From assembly GCA_964521325.1 (NCBI GenBank), contig CAZFRL010000004.1:1-51293 (forward strand): a stretch of DNA of 51,293 bases, read 5' to 3'. This DNA is from an uncultured Dehalococcoidales bacterium. Its GTDB lineage: Bacteria > Chloroflexota > Dehalococcoidia > Dehalococcoidales > CAZFRL01. Positions 27,052-37,796 of this stretch are shown piece after piece. The notes beneath the pieces were generated by a model. It did not search any database and had not been told where the DNA came from. It was given only the letters and a program-made list of their open reading frames with translations. How positions within the stretch are numbered: position 1 is the first letter of the stretch; each line of letters begins with the position of its first letter. Both the position numbers and the translations under genes were made by a program.

Positions 27052-27927
27052 TCAAGTGCTCACCTTGACTGGCTCCTGCTTGATACCACTAATCTTCTCC
27101 CTTAAAGCTACAGCCAAAGTGCTTGGACCGCCATGAACCCCTAGGGCTGGTCCCAGTCTGGCAAGATGGATCTGCCTCTTATCAAAGATAGAACCTATGC
27201 GCTCCTTGAGTGAACTTGCCTCATCAGGTGTAGTGCTGTGCACAATAGCCACTTCTTGAATACTCAAGGCATCCTTTACAAAATTGAATAGACGCTCGAT
27301 GCCTTTAGCACGGGTGCGAGCTAAGCCAGCAGGTAAAAACTCACCATCACGAAAAGTAAGCAGCGGCTTTACACTAAGTACGCTGCCCAATAATGCCTTC
27401 GCTTTACCAATTCGCCCTCCCAGAAGCAGGTATTTAAGGGTATCAAAAACACCAAGCAAATGTGTGCGAGGGATAGCCTGACATACCTCTTCCATTACCG
27501 CCTGCAAGCTTTCTCCAGCCTCAGCCAGTCTAGCAGCAGCCATGGCTATCAGCCCTAGTCCCATAGATACTGAAAACGAATCTACTACCTCGATACGGCA
27601 CCCTGCCCTAACTAGCTCCCTGCCCTGAAGGGCTGAATTGTAGGTGCCACTTGTCTTGGAGGAAAGGTGAATAGAGACTATTTCATTGGTCTCCTTAGAT
27701 AGCTGGCGGTAGGTATTGGCAAAATCGGCTGGTGTCGGCTGGGAGGTAGAAGGATGGGTAGAACCCTCCGCTAATTTTTGATAAAATTCATCACAGCTTA
27801 TATCCACCCCATCCCGGTAGACCTCTTGTCCAAAGCGGACATAAACCGGCACCACCGTAATTCCCAACTTTTTAGCCACCTCAGATGGCAAATCAGCAGT
27901 GCTATCGGTAACAATCTTAACTGTCAT
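27052..27927 (-). CDS. DegV/FakB fatty-acid-binding protein (copy 1)
   Basis: TVKIVTDSTADLP, STSQPTP, SSKTSGTY, LLGGRIG, GVHGGP. Confidence 0.93.
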   Translation of the reverse strand: MTVKIVTDSTADLPSEVAKKLGITVVPVYVRFGQEVYRDGVDISCDEFYQKLAEGSTHPSTSQPTPADFANTYRQLSKETNEIVSIHLSSKTSGTYNSALQGRELVRAGCRIEVVDSFSVSMGLGLIAMAAARLAEAGESLQAVMEEVCQAIPRTHLLGVFDTLKYLLLGGRIGKAKALLGSVLSVKPLLTFRDGEFLPAGLARTRAKGIERLFNFVKDALSIQEVAIVHSTTPDEASSLKERIGSIFDKRQIHLARLGPALGVHGGPSTLAVALREKISGIKQEPVKVST

Positions 27928-27956
27928 AAAATCTCCTCACCTCAGTATATTAATTA

Positions 27957-28796
27957 CTATTTATCGCCCAATATAGCTACTAACAGGAGACCCGGTCCGG
28001 TATGCGTCCCGATTACTGGGGTCGCCTTTGAGCGGTAGATACGCTCTTTAGGGAATATGGAGCCAAGCCGCTCAACAAGCCTATCAGCATCATCAGGACA
28101 GGCAGTATCTTCCACCGCCATCTCCTCAATATTGGAATAGCTCGCAGCAAAGTTATATAGATGCTCTATTGCCTTAGCCCGAGAGCGCTCCTTGCCAGCA
28201 GGCGCGACCACGCCATCTTTCAGGGTTATAAGGGGATTTATCTTAAACATTGACCCCATAAGAGCCTGTGCCCGGCCAATACGACCGCCCCTTCTGAGGT
28301 ATTCCAGAGTATCGAAAGCGGAAAGAAAATCCACACGAGGAATGGTCTTTCGGGCTACATCTATCACCTCATCAAGGCTAGCTCCAGCCTGAGCTGCATT
28401 AGCTGCCTTCATAGCTATAAAGCCCTCTGCCATAATAGCCGATAGTGTATCAAATACTTCTACCCGGCATTTCCGCTTCATTAACTCTATACTTTGTAAC
28501 GCCACCTCATAGGTTGCACTGAGCTTGGAGCTAACCATGATGGCAAGAATTTCATCCGTCTCTTCAGCCAGCTTGTCATATGCCTCAGCGAAGGTTCCAG
28601 GCGATGGCACTGAAGTGACCGGCAGGATTTTGCTGTGCACTAACCTATCGTAAAACTGCTCACTGGTCAGGTCAATGCCATCACGATAGGTCTCTTCCCC
28701 AAAGCTAACATTTAGTGGAATTACTGTAAGCCCCAACTCTTTAACCATCTGGGGTGGTAAGTCAGAGACGCTATCGGTAACAATTTTGACCGTCAT
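27957..28796 (-). CDS. DegV/FakB fatty-acid-binding protein (copy 2)
   Basis: TVKIVTDSVSDLP, TSVPSPG, SSKLSATY, LRRGGRIG, GTHTGPG. Confidence 0.93.
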   Translation of the reverse strand: MTVKIVTDSVSDLPPQMVKELGLTVIPLNVSFGEETYRDGIDLTSEQFYDRLVHSKILPVTSVPSPGTFAEAYDKLAEETDEILAIMVSSKLSATYEVALQSIELMKRKCRVEVFDTLSAIMAEGFIAMKAANAAQAGASLDEVIDVARKTIPRVDFLSAFDTLEYLRRGGRIGRAQALMGSMFKINPLITLKDGVVAPAGKERSRAKAIEHLYNFAASYSNIEEMAVEDTACPDDADRLVERLGSIFPKERIYRSKATPVIGTHTGPGLLLVAILGDK

Positions 28797-28831
28797 TAAT
28801 AATCTCCTGTCTTACTTCAAGTTAACCGCTA

Positions 28832-29671
28832 TTATTTTTCGCCTAATACAGATATCGCCAAGACATGGGGACCAACGTGCGTGCCCACCACCGGACTAAC
28901 CTTGGACCGGTAGATACGCTCTTTGGGAAATTTAGCGCCAAGCCGCTCAGCCAGCATCTCGGCATCGTCAGGGGTGGTAGCATCCTCTATTGCCATCTCC
29001 TCAATATGGGAGTAGCTCGTAGCAAAGTTATGCAAGTCCTCTATTACTTTAGCTCGAGACCGCTCCCTGGCGACAGGATAAGCCTCACCCTCTTTTAAGG
29101 TAAGGATGGGGCTCACTTTAAGTATTGACCCCAGAAAAGCCTCCGCTCGGCCGATGCGCCCCCCCTTTTTGAGATAATCCAAGGTGTCAAAGGCGAAACG
29201 AATATCCACTCGTGGTATATTGTTTCGGGTTATATCTATCACCTCATCAAGTTTAGCTCCAGCCTTAACTGTCTTGGCAGCAGCAATAACTATCAGCCCC
29301 TCAGCCATACAACCCAATATAGAATCAACTACTTCTACCCGGCACTTTCGCTTCGTTAGCTCAATAGCTTGTAGCGCCGCCTCATAGATGCCACTGAGCT
29401 TATGGGAAACGGTAATAACCAAGATTTCGTCGGTCTCTTCAGCCAGCTTATCATATACCTCAATAAAGGTGCTAAGCGGTGGCACTGCTGTAGTCGGTAA
29501 GGTCTTGCTGTGCGTCAGTTTATTGTAGAACTGCTCACTGGTCAGGTCAATACCATCGCGATAGATCTCTTCTCCAAAGCGAACATTTAGCGGAATTAAT
29601 GTAATCCCCAGCTCCTTAGCCACCTGAGGTGTCACGTCAGAAACACTATCGGTAACAATTTTGACCGTCAT
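28832..29671 (-). CDS. DegV/FakB fatty-acid-binding protein (copy 3)
   Basis: TVKIVTDSVSDV, SHKLSGIY, LKKGGRIG, GTHVGP. Confidence 0.93.
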   Translation of the reverse strand: MTVKIVTDSVSDVTPQVAKELGITLIPLNVRFGEEIYRDGIDLTSEQFYNKLTHSKTLPTTAVPPLSTFIEVYDKLAEETDEILVITVSHKLSGIYEAALQAIELTKRKCRVEVVDSILGCMAEGLIVIAAAKTVKAGAKLDEVIDITRNNIPRVDIRFAFDTLDYLKKGGRIGRAEAFLGSILKVSPILTLKEGEAYPVARERSRAKVIEDLHNFATSYSHIEEMAIEDATTPDDAEMLAERLGAKFPKERIYRSKVSPVVGTHVGPHVLAISVLGEK

Positions 29672-29685
29672 TAAAATCGTCCCTA

Positions 29686-31338
29686 TTATTCTATAGAAAT
29701 AATATAGTTGTAATGAGGCTGACCGCCTTGAACTACATCAATCTGAAGCTGAGGGTGCTGCTCACGAATACCGACACTAACCTGCTCTGCCTCAGCCGGC
29801 TCGGTATCAGCCCCATAGTAGATGGTAATTATTTCGGCTTGACCTAAATCTACCTTAGCTAACACCTGACTAAGAACATCAATGGCATTATCACCTACGG
29901 CTACCAGGTCCCCGTCGAGGAGGCCGATAGCCTGTCTCTTCTTAATCACTAACTCACCTAGCCGGGTAGAGCGCACTGCCCGAGTAATTTCAATCGACTT
30001 CACTGCTGATTTTGCCTCTCCCATAATTTGAACATTTGTGTCAAGATCGGCATCGTAGTCAAAGGCTAAAAGGACAGTTACCCCCTGTGGAATTGTTTTG
30101 GTGGGTACCACTTTAACCGTCTTGGTAGTTAAGGACTGAACCTGCTCAGCGGTAAGCACTATATTTTTGTTATTAGGTAAAATAATAACCTTATCTGAAG
30201 CTACTGATTCTATAGCTTGGAGCAAATCCTTGGTGCTTGGATTCATTGTCTGTCCTCCAGGGACAACGGCTGTCGCCCCCAGGCTCTTAAAAACGTTACT
30301 GAGCCCATCCCCAGAGACTACAGCAATAGTAGCTATATCGACTGCTGGCGCTCTCTCCTTTTGCATTTCCAGAAAGTCCTGGTGCTGCTCATCCATATTC
30401 CGAACTGATACCTGATGCATAGTACCTAACGAGGTAGCATAGCGAAGAACATTGCCGGGGTCTATGGTATGAATATGGACTCTAACTGTAGATTCATCAC
30501 CAACTACAATTAGAGACTGCCCTTTCTTCTTCAGCTTTATTTTAAACTTATCCGGGTCAAGCCCTTCTCCCTTAAGCAGAAACTCGGTGCAGTATCCATA
30601 GGGCACCTCATCTGCTGCCATCATCTGTGGCGTCCTCACAGTTAATGGTATGCTACTGCTAATTATCCATGGTTTGCGGAACTGCAGTTGTTCCGTCTCG
30701 CCTTTAAGGTAGTGGAGAGCACCCTCCAGGATGGTATATAGACCCTGCCCACCGGCATCCACTACCCCAGCCTCCCTCAACACAGGCAGGAGGGTAGGGG
30801 TATTAGCCACTGACTCGCTGGCAGCTCTAACTATAATCTCCATAACCGACAGTAGGTTATCATCGCCACTAGTAGCTTGTGCCTGGGCAGCCGAGGCGGC
30901 TTCTCTAACTACGGTGAGAATCGTTCCCTCCACGGGATTGCTTAACCCGTTATAAGCCGTCTTTGATGCTTGGAGTAAGGCATCAGCTAAATCACTGCCG
31001 GTGAATGATTCCTTTTCCGCCAGACCTTGGGCTAAACCACGCCAAATCTGCGACAGGATTACCCCGCTGTTACCCCGAGCCCCCATCAGTGCTCCCTTGG
31101 CTATAGCTTGAGCCACAGCTGAAGCACTTCGGTCAGGAGCCCGATAGGACTCCTCTATACTAGAACGCATAGTAAGCAGCATATTAGCCCCGGTATCACC
31201 ATCAGGCACCGGGAAAACATTCAGAGCATCAATATCTGAGGCGTTCTTCTCCAACCAACCAGTAGCTGCAGAAAACATCTCCCTTAAATCTTGGCCAGTG
31301 ATAGATTTGACTTGCCTCATATTAACCATCCTTGCCAA
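29686..31338 (-). CDS. DAK2-domain fatty acid kinase subunit A (YloV/FakA)
   Basis: NVFPVPDGDTGANM, GARGNSGVILSQ, VVDAGGQG, YGYCTEF, GGQTMNPS, GGQPHY. Confidence 0.95.
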   Translation of the reverse strand: MARMVNMRQVKSITGQDLREMFSAATGWLEKNASDIDALNVFPVPDGDTGANMLLTMRSSIEESYRAPDRSASAVAQAIAKGALMGARGNSGVILSQIWRGLAQGLAEKESFTGSDLADALLQASKTAYNGLSNPVEGTILTVVREAASAAQAQATSGDDNLLSVMEIIVRAASESVANTPTLLPVLREAGVVDAGGQGLYTILEGALHYLKGETEQLQFRKPWIISSSIPLTVRTPQMMAADEVPYGYCTEFLLKGEGLDPDKFKIKLKKKGQSLIVVGDESTVRVHIHTIDPGNVLRYATSLGTMHQVSVRNMDEQHQDFLEMQKERAPAVDIATIAVVSGDGLSNVFKSLGATAVVPGGQTMNPSTKDLLQAIESVASDKVIILPNNKNIVLTAEQVQSLTTKTVKVVPTKTIPQGVTVLLAFDYDADLDTNVQIMGEAKSAVKSIEITRAVRSTRLGELVIKKRQAIGLLDGDLVAVGDNAIDVLSQVLAKVDLGQAEIITIYYGADTEPAEAEQVSVGIREQHPQLQIDVVQGGQPHYNYIISIE

Positions 31339-31412
31339 ATTTAATTGACTATGCTAGTATTGTGAACGGCATTTTATAGCAACTTTCTTTAATAGTCAAT
31401 GGAGGAAAGAGA

Positions 31413-31616
31413 TTGAAGTGTGATTTATGTGGGAAATCACCCCAATTTGGTCATAATGTGAGCCACTCCAAACGCCACACTAATCGTCGCTGGGTGCCTA
31501 ATATTCACCCAGTTACTATCATTATAAACGGTAAACCAAAACGATTCAACCTGTGCACTAGATGCTTACGCACCCAGCACAAAGCCCCCAAGAAGCCAGC
31601 TTCTAGCCCAAGCTAG
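31413..31616 (+). CDS. rpmB: 50S ribosomal protein L28 (Zn-ligand form)
   Basis: KCDLCGKSPQFGHNVSHS..TNRRWVPN..CTRC; GGAGG SD with TTG start. Confidence 0.96.
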   Translation: MKCDLCGKSPQFGHNVSHSKRHTNRRWVPNIHPVTIIINGKPKRFNLCTRCLRTQHKAPKKPASSPS

Positions 31617-32274
31617 CCCGTATCTTTCCCAGAGCTTCAGCAACACTTTGCCCCGAATTAAACACGGCTGCCCCGGCTACTAGCACGTTGGCTCCTGCTG
31701 TTACCACTCTGGGGGCAATCTCAGCATTGATGCCGCCGTCCACCTCAAGCTCGGTAGCCAGACCCTTTCTGTCCAGCTCAGCCCGCAAACGAGCTACCTT
31801 ATCCAGCATAGCCTCAATAAAAGTCTGACCGCCAAAGCCGGGGTTAACCGTCATAATCAGGACTAAATCCAGGGAGGAAATGACCTCTTTAACCATGTCT
31901 ATAGGTGTCCCTGGATTGAGGGCAACCCCAGCCTTAACCCCCAGTTCTTTAATCGTTTGAACTACCCGGTGAAGATGAGGGCAGACTTCTGCATGAACTG
32001 TGATAATATCTGCCCCGGCGTCGGCAAATTGCCTGATATGATGCTCTGGCGCTTCAATCATAAGGTGGACATCCAGAGGTAGATTAGTCCAGGGACGGAT
32101 AGCAGCGACCACTGGAGCACCGATAGTTATGTTAGGCACAAAACACCCGTCCATAACATCAATATGAATATAGTCGGCGCCAGCTTTGGTTACCTCGGCT
32201 ACCTGCTCACCAAGACGGCTGAAATTAGCCGACAGAATAGACGGGGCAAGCTTGACCTGATGGCTACTTCTCAT
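31603..32274 (-). CDS. rpe: Ribulose-phosphate 3-epimerase
   Basis: APSILSANF, HIDVMDG, DVHLM, MTVNPGFGGQ, EVDGG. Confidence 0.97.
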   Translation of the reverse strand: MRSSHQVKLAPSILSANFSRLGEQVAEVTKAGADYIHIDVMDGCFVPNITIGAPVVAAIRPWTNLPLDVHLMIEAPEHHIRQFADAGADIITVHAEVCPHLHRVVQTIKELGVKAGVALNPGTPIDMVKEVISSLDLVLIMTVNPGFGGQTFIEAMLDKVARLRAELDRKGLATELEVDGGINAEIAPRVVTAGANVLVAGAAVFNSGQSVAEALGKIRASLG

Positions 32275-33649
32275 ATTTAGCCTCTCTAATTATTTTTTTG
32301 GCGGTAGCTAATGCCTGCTCTACCTGCTTCGGGGCAGTACCACCGATAATATCCTTAGCCGCAATAGACGACTCTACTGTAATTGAGTAAACATCCTCGG
32401 TAAATAGAGGAGAAAACTTATTATATTCACTGAGGCTAAGCTGGCTGAACGATTTATCCTTTTCCATAGCATGGCTCACTAACCTGCCTACTATATCGTG
32501 GGCGGTACGGAAGGCTTCTCCCTTCCTGACCAGATAGTCAGCTAAATCAGTAGCTAGAATATAACCCTGCTTAACTGCCTGACTGGTATTTTCCGCCTTA
32601 ACCCGCAGGGTTTTAACCATGCCGGTAAATACCTCCAGGCTGGGTAGCAGCGTATCTACAGTGTCAAAGAAACCCTCTTTATCCTCCTGCATATCCCGGT
32701 TATAGGCTAAGGGGAGAGCCTTCATGGTCGTTAGCAGAGCCATAAGCTTGCCATAGACCCGTCCTGTCTTACCCCGAACCAGCTCGGCGACATCAGGGTT
32801 CTTCTTCTGGGGCATAATACTCGAACCGGTGGCATAAGCCTCGTCAAGCTCAATAAAATCAAACTCGGCTGAAGACCACAAAATAATCTCCTCAGCCAGT
32901 CGGGAGAGGTGCATCATACACAGACTGGCTGCCGCCTCATATTCCACCACAAAATCCCTATCAGAGACAGCGTCAATGCTATTTTGACTTATCTGGCTGA
33001 AGCCTAATTCACGGGCGAGGAAATTCCTATCAATGTTATAGCCGACGCCAGCCAAAGCCCCGCTACCCAGGGGCATGACATCGGTGCGTTTTAGACAGTC
33101 ACTAAACCGGTCAACATCCCGCTGGAGCATTTCAAAATAGGCTAAAAGGTGGTGAGCCAGTAGCACCGGTTGTGCTGGCTGCAAATGGGTATACCCCGGC
33201 ATAACCACACCCTTATTAGCTTCAGCCTGGCTAATGAGTGCCTGTTGTAATTGTCTCAGCTTGGTCAGGGTATCAGAGATTGCCTCCTTAGCCAGGAGGC
33301 GTAAATCCAGAGCCACCTGGTCATTTCTGGAGCGAGCGGTGTGTAGCTTGTTGCCTGCCTCACCTATCTTCTCAACGAGCCTGGCTTCAATATTCATATG
33401 GATATCTTCCAGCTCAGACTTAAACTCAAATTTACCCTGCTCTATCTCCTGCCTGATAGTATTTAGCCCTTGGGTGATAATTTCAGCTTCTTCTTTTGAA
33501 ATTATGCCCTGTTTTGCCAGCATCCTGGCATGGGCGATACTGCCAGCAATATCGTGACGGTATAACTGCCAGTCAAAAGGTACAGACACGGTATATTCTG
33601 TTACCAGTTTATCGGCAGGCTTATGAAACCGACCCCGAATATGGCTCAT
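32264..33649 (-). CDS. argH: Argininosuccinate lyase
   Basis: EDIHMNIE, HTARSRNDQ, GYTHLQPAQP, GSSIMPQKKNPD. Confidence 0.97.
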   Translation of the reverse strand: MSHIRGRFHKPADKLVTEYTVSVPFDWQLYRHDIAGSIAHARMLAKQGIISKEEAEIITQGLNTIRQEIEQGKFEFKSELEDIHMNIEARLVEKIGEAGNKLHTARSRNDQVALDLRLLAKEAISDTLTKLRQLQQALISQAEANKGVVMPGYTHLQPAQPVLLAHHLLAYFEMLQRDVDRFSDCLKRTDVMPLGSGALAGVGYNIDRNFLARELGFSQISQNSIDAVSDRDFVVEYEAAASLCMMHLSRLAEEIILWSSAEFDFIELDEAYATGSSIMPQKKNPDVAELVRGKTGRVYGKLMALLTTMKALPLAYNRDMQEDKEGFFDTVDTLLPSLEVFTGMVKTLRVKAENTSQAVKQGYILATDLADYLVRKGEAFRTAHDIVGRLVSHAMEKDKSFSQLSLSEYNKFSPLFTEDVYSITVESSIAAKDIIGGTAPKQVEQALATAKKIIREAKYEK

Positions 33650-34896
33650 TTACCACCTTCCTTGGTTTTCTTTGGCTTTATAATGTTGGACAGCCCCTTG
33701 GCTTGACTGACTCCCTGCGCCTGAGCTTGAGTTCTAACCGGTAGCCCCCAGATATGGATAAATCCAGGAGAGGCACTCTGGTCAAAAACATCACCCTTAT
33801 CGTAGGTAGCCAGACCATAGTTGTATAGTGACTTCGGCGACTTGCGCCCGACCACACTGCAACTCCCCTTAAATAGCTTCACCCGCACCGTTCCGGTAAC
33901 AAAACGCTGTGAACTCTGCACATAGGCAGCCAAATCCTGATGCAGCGAGGTGAACCACAGCCCGTTGTAGATGAGGTCGGCATATTCCTGAGCTATCTTC
34001 TGCTTGAAACGCAACTGGTCTTTGGACAAGGTCATCGCCTCCAAGGCTTGATGGGCCTGGAGTAGAACTGTCGCTGCTGGCGCTTCGTAAATCTCTCTCG
34101 ATTTTATTCCCACCAGCCGGCTCTCTAAATGGTCAATCCTGCCCACTCCGTGCTTGCCAGCCAATTCATTTAGTCGCCGAATTAAGCTAATGCCATTCAT
34201 TTTCTGCCCGTCAATAGTCACCGGGATGCCCTTTTCAAAGCCAATCTCGACATAGGCTGGCTCGTCTGGAGCCTCTTTAGGCGATTTTGTCCAAGTGAAA
34301 GCATCTTCAGGCGACTCGACCCAGGGGTCTTCCAGGACTCCACACTCAATGCTCCTCCCCCACAGGTTCTCATCAATTGAATATGGACTGTCAGCAGTAA
34401 TCGGTACCGGGATGCCATAGCGCTGCGCATAGTTAATAGTTTCTTCCCGGGTCATGCCCCATTCCCGAGCCGGGGCAATAATCTTGAGACCGGGAGACAG
34501 GGCATTAACGCTCACTTCAAATCTTACCTGGTCATTTCCCTTGCCCGTGCAACCATGAGCCACCGCTGAAGCCCCCTCCTCTACGGCTGTATCCACCAGC
34601 AACTTAACCATTAGCGGACGGGAAAGGGCGGTAGCCAGTGGGTATTGCCCCTCATAGATAGCATCTGCCTGTAACGCTGGGAAGATGAAGTAATTAACAA
34701 ATAACTTCTTGGCATCCGCCACCAACGCCTTTACAGCGCCAACCTTCAGCGCCTTTTGCTGGATGGTAGAAAAATCACGCTCATTCCCTACATCAATAGT
34801 AAGAGCAATTACATCCAGGTTATACTTCTCTTTGAGCCACCTGATGGCTACCGAGGTATCTAACCCCCCACTATAAGCCAATACTACCTTATCCAA
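33646..34896 (-). CDS. argG: Argininosuccinate synthase
   Basis: LAYSGGLDTS, AHGCTGKGNDQVRF, SIDENLWGRS, KSREIYEAP. Confidence 0.97.
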   Translation of the reverse strand: MDKVVLAYSGGLDTSVAIRWLKEKYNLDVIALTIDVGNERDFSTIQQKALKVGAVKALVADAKKLFVNYFIFPALQADAIYEGQYPLATALSRPLMVKLLVDTAVEEGASAVAHGCTGKGNDQVRFEVSVNALSPGLKIIAPAREWGMTREETINYAQRYGIPVPITADSPYSIDENLWGRSIECGVLEDPWVESPEDAFTWTKSPKEAPDEPAYVEIGFEKGIPVTIDGQKMNGISLIRRLNELAGKHGVGRIDHLESRLVGIKSREIYEAPAATVLLQAHQALEAMTLSKDQLRFKQKIAQEYADLIYNGLWFTSLHQDLAAYVQSSQRFVTGTVRVKLFKGSCSVVGRKSPKSLYNYGLATYDKGDVFDQSASPGFIHIWGLPVRTQAQAQGVSQAKGLSNIIKPKKTKEGGK

Positions 34897-34915
34897 CGCT
34901 CTGACCTCCCCTTAG

Positions 34916-35776
34916 CTAATTATACTTTAGAAATGCTATTACCGCTTCATCAAATTCCGCTGCCTTTTCTATGTGGGGGCAATGGCCACACTCGTCAATC
35001 ACCTTTAGTCTCGCATTAGGGATTACCTTACACGCATTTTGGGCATGCTCAACGGGAATAACCTCATCCTGGACACCATGAATAAACAAGGTAGGCGACT
35101 TAATCAGGTGAAGTTTGTCAGCCGTATTTTTCTCGGGGTGAGGTCCATTGATGTCGGCATTACTGCGTATGAGGCTTAACATTGCCTGCTTTGCCCCGGG
35201 TATCTTCTGAAATTCATAAATTTTGTTGACCATCTCCTCAGTAATGAGGTCTGGGTTATAAAATGCCTTCTTCATTCCATACCTTAAGACTGCCTTTATC
35301 GTTGGCCCCATTATAATCTTGCCTAAAACAGGCAGGGTGCATAACCGGTGGAGCAAAGACGCCTCAGTAGATAGACCGGCAGTATCTACCAAGATGAGCT
35401 TGTCAACTTTGTCGGGAAAGTTGATAGCCATACTTAAGGCTATACCCCCACCCATGGAATGCCCTATTAAGTTGGCATGCTCCATGCCAACGGCTTGCAT
35501 AAAGTTGACAATACATTCGTGAATAAAGGAAATACTATAATCAACAGCAGGTTTACTGGATAATCCGTGCCCGGGCAAATCCACGGCATATACTTGGCAA
35601 TGCTCACTCAGAGGACTAATATTAAACCACCAGACCTCCAGGAATTCGCCAAATCCATGAATAAGTAAAGTAGGGGCACCGCCGCCGCTCACAACATAGC
35701 GAATTTCGACACCTTCTACGGTAATATATTTTTCATCCAGCTTTTCCATCTCACCAACTGGTTCCCAAGTTCTCAT
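34916..35776 (-). CDS. Alpha/beta-fold hydrolase
   Basis: LIHGFG, DLPGHG, nucleophile elbow GHSMGG, HGVQDEVIP, CGHCPH. Confidence 0.9.
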   Translation of the reverse strand: MRTWEPVGEMEKLDEKYITVEGVEIRYVVSGGGAPTLLIHGFGEFLEVWWFNISPLSEHCQVYAVDLPGHGLSSKPAVDYSISFIHECIVNFMQAVGMEHANLIGHSMGGGIALSMAINFPDKVDKLILVDTAGLSTEASLLHRLCTLPVLGKIIMGPTIKAVLRYGMKKAFYNPDLITEEMVNKIYEFQKIPGAKQAMLSLIRSNADINGPHPEKNTADKLHLIKSPTLFIHGVQDEVIPVEHAQNACKVIPNARLKVIDECGHCPHIEKAAEFDEAVIAFLKYN

Positions 35777-36957
35777 CTAATACTGGATAATGCTTTGTCT
35801 AAAATACCTATCGCCTCATCAACTTCCGCATTACCGATAATAAGCGGAGGCATAAAGCGTAAGGCATTGGGCTTAAGCCGGTTAACCAGCAAGCCTCTAT
35901 CCAGGCATGCCATTAACACCAACTGAGCAATATCACGGCTAAACTCCATAGCTACCAATAATCCACAGCCTCGCACATCAGTGACAAACTGAAATTTTTG
36001 TTTCAAGCCTTCCAACCCGGCAATAAAGTACTTTCCCACTCTCTTTGCATTCCCGGCAATATCATTGTCAAGGGTAAATTTTAGTGTAGCATAACCGGCA
36101 GCGCAGGCTAAGGGATTACCGCCGAAGGTAGAGCCATGCTCGCCAGCAGCAAAAACAGATGCTCCCTCCTTAGTCAGAATAGCCCCAATGGGCACACCAC
36201 TACCCAAACCCTTGGCTAGTGCCATTATATCAGGTTCAATACCACTCTGCTCATAGGCAAAAAGTGTCCCCAACCGACCCAAGCCGGTTTGAATTTCATC
36301 TAAGATAAGCAGAATGCCGTTTTGGTCACACCAGGCCCGTACCGCTGGTAAATAGTCATCGTCAGGCAGGTTAACTCCCCCTTCTCCCTGTATTGGCTCC
36401 AACATCACAGCGCAGGTTTGCTTGGTAGTTGCCGTCTTTATCGCCTCGATACTATTATACTCCACATTGACAAATCCAACCGGTAGAGGAAGATATGGCT
36501 GCTGAAACTTCGACTGACCGCTAGCTGCCACCATAGCCAGGGTGCGACCATGAAAGGAACCCATCGCCGTAATAACCTCATAGGCTCCATTTAGCTTGAG
36601 CTTTCCATAGCGACGGGCTAACTTTACTGCCCCTTCGTTAGCCTCTGCCCCGCTATTACAAAAGAAGACCCTATCGAGACAGCTATTTTGAACCAGAAGC
36701 TCAGCCAGGCGAAGCTGGGGGATGGTGTAGAACTGGTTTGACGTTTGGATAAGTGTTCGTGCCTGCTCTGCCAACGCCTCAGCTACTACCGGGTGACAGT
36801 GCCCCAAGGTATCAACTGCCCAGCCGGCAACGAAGTCCAGATATTCCCGACCATCCTCATCCCATATCCTCGCCCCCTGCCCCTTAACCAGGGTTACCGG
36901 CACACGACTGAAAGTCTGCATAAAGTATTTGCGCTCAAGCTCTTGCCAGTTAGTCAT
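35773..36957 (-). CDS. argD: Acetylornithine aminotransferase
   Basis: FFCNSGAEANE, SFHGRT, EPIQGEGG, DEIQTG, PLP lysine in ALAKGLG, GSTFGGNP. Confidence 0.95.
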   Translation of the reverse strand: MTNWQELERKYFMQTFSRVPVTLVKGQGARIWDEDGREYLDFVAGWAVDTLGHCHPVVAEALAEQARTLIQTSNQFYTIPQLRLAELLVQNSCLDRVFFCNSGAEANEGAVKLARRYGKLKLNGAYEVITAMGSFHGRTLAMVAASGQSKFQQPYLPLPVGFVNVEYNSIEAIKTATTKQTCAVMLEPIQGEGGVNLPDDDYLPAVRAWCDQNGILLILDEIQTGLGRLGTLFAYEQSGIEPDIMALAKGLGSGVPIGAILTKEGASVFAAGEHGSTFGGNPLACAAGYATLKFTLDNDIAGNAKRVGKYFIAGLEGLKQKFQFVTDVRGCGLLVAMEFSRDIAQLVLMACLDRGLLVNRLKPNALRFMPPLIIGNAEVDEAIGILDKALSSIR

Positions 36958-36971
36958 TTTAGCATCCCTTA

Positions 36972-37772
36972 TTAAATAACCTTTTTTATCGTTGTGCCAC
37001 CGCCTTTTACCTCTATATTCCTGAGCAGAGCATGTGGCTGTCTACCATCTATCACGCAGGTTGACGAGGTGTTAGATAAAGCCCTCAAGCAAGCTTTAAT
37101 CTTAGGAATCATCCCTTCCGAAGCTACACCCGAGGCCACTAAAGCTTCAGCTTCACTGGGTGATAGCTGAGGCAACAACTTACCTGATTGGTCACAGATA
37201 CCAACTATATCGGTTAAAAAGATAAGCTTTTCGGCACCAACGGCGGCAGCGATTTCACCAGCCACAGTATCAGCGTTAATGTTGAGTATTTTTACCGCCT
37301 TATCCGATTTACCCGAAGCAAGTAAACTGACCGGGGCAACTACTGGGATGTAACCTGATTGCAAGAGAGTCTTTAATAGGGTTGTGTTTACCTTAACTAC
37401 CGTGCCGGTGTAGCCCAGCTTCTTATCCTTAATCCTGCCTTGGATAAGAGCACCATCAACCCCGCTAATACCTATCGCCTGTCCGCCCAAGCTGTTGATA
37501 GCAGCTACAAGCTCTTTATTGACTAATCCAGCTAGCACTGAAATCACCACTTCGAGCGTGGCTTTATCAGTCACCCGCTCGCCGTGGACAAATTCGGTAG
37601 AAGTTCCTTGCTTAGCCAGCCAATCAGTTATTAGCTTGCCACCGCCATGCACTATGACCAGTGATTTGCTCTGCTTCTGGAGATAAACTATGTCCTCGAT
37701 GGTAGTATCATGACTGCCCAGGGTGGCACCACCGAGCTTAACCACAATAACCTTATCCAACTTATTACTCAC
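36972..37772 (-). CDS. argB: Acetylglutamate kinase
   Basis: VVKLGG, VHGGG, GERVTD, NINADTVA, GMIPKI, DGRQPHAL. Confidence 0.95.
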   Translation of the reverse strand: MSNKLDKVIVVKLGGATLGSHDTTIEDIVYLQKQSKSLVIVHGGGKLITDWLAKQGTSTEFVHGERVTDKATLEVVISVLAGLVNKELVAAINSLGGQAIGISGVDGALIQGRIKDKKLGYTGTVVKVNTTLLKTLLQSGYIPVVAPVSLLASGKSDKAVKILNINADTVAGEIAAAVGAEKLIFLTDIVGICDQSGKLLPQLSPSEAEALVASGVASEGMIPKIKACLRALSNTSSTCVIDGRQPHALLRNIEVKGGGTTIKKVI

Positions 37773-37796
37773 CTGCTACCTCGCGTTATAATACTA

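Noticed and set aside
31603-31616. 14-nt convergent overlap of rpmB and rpe
   Set aside because: Short tail-to-tail overlaps are common in compact genomes.
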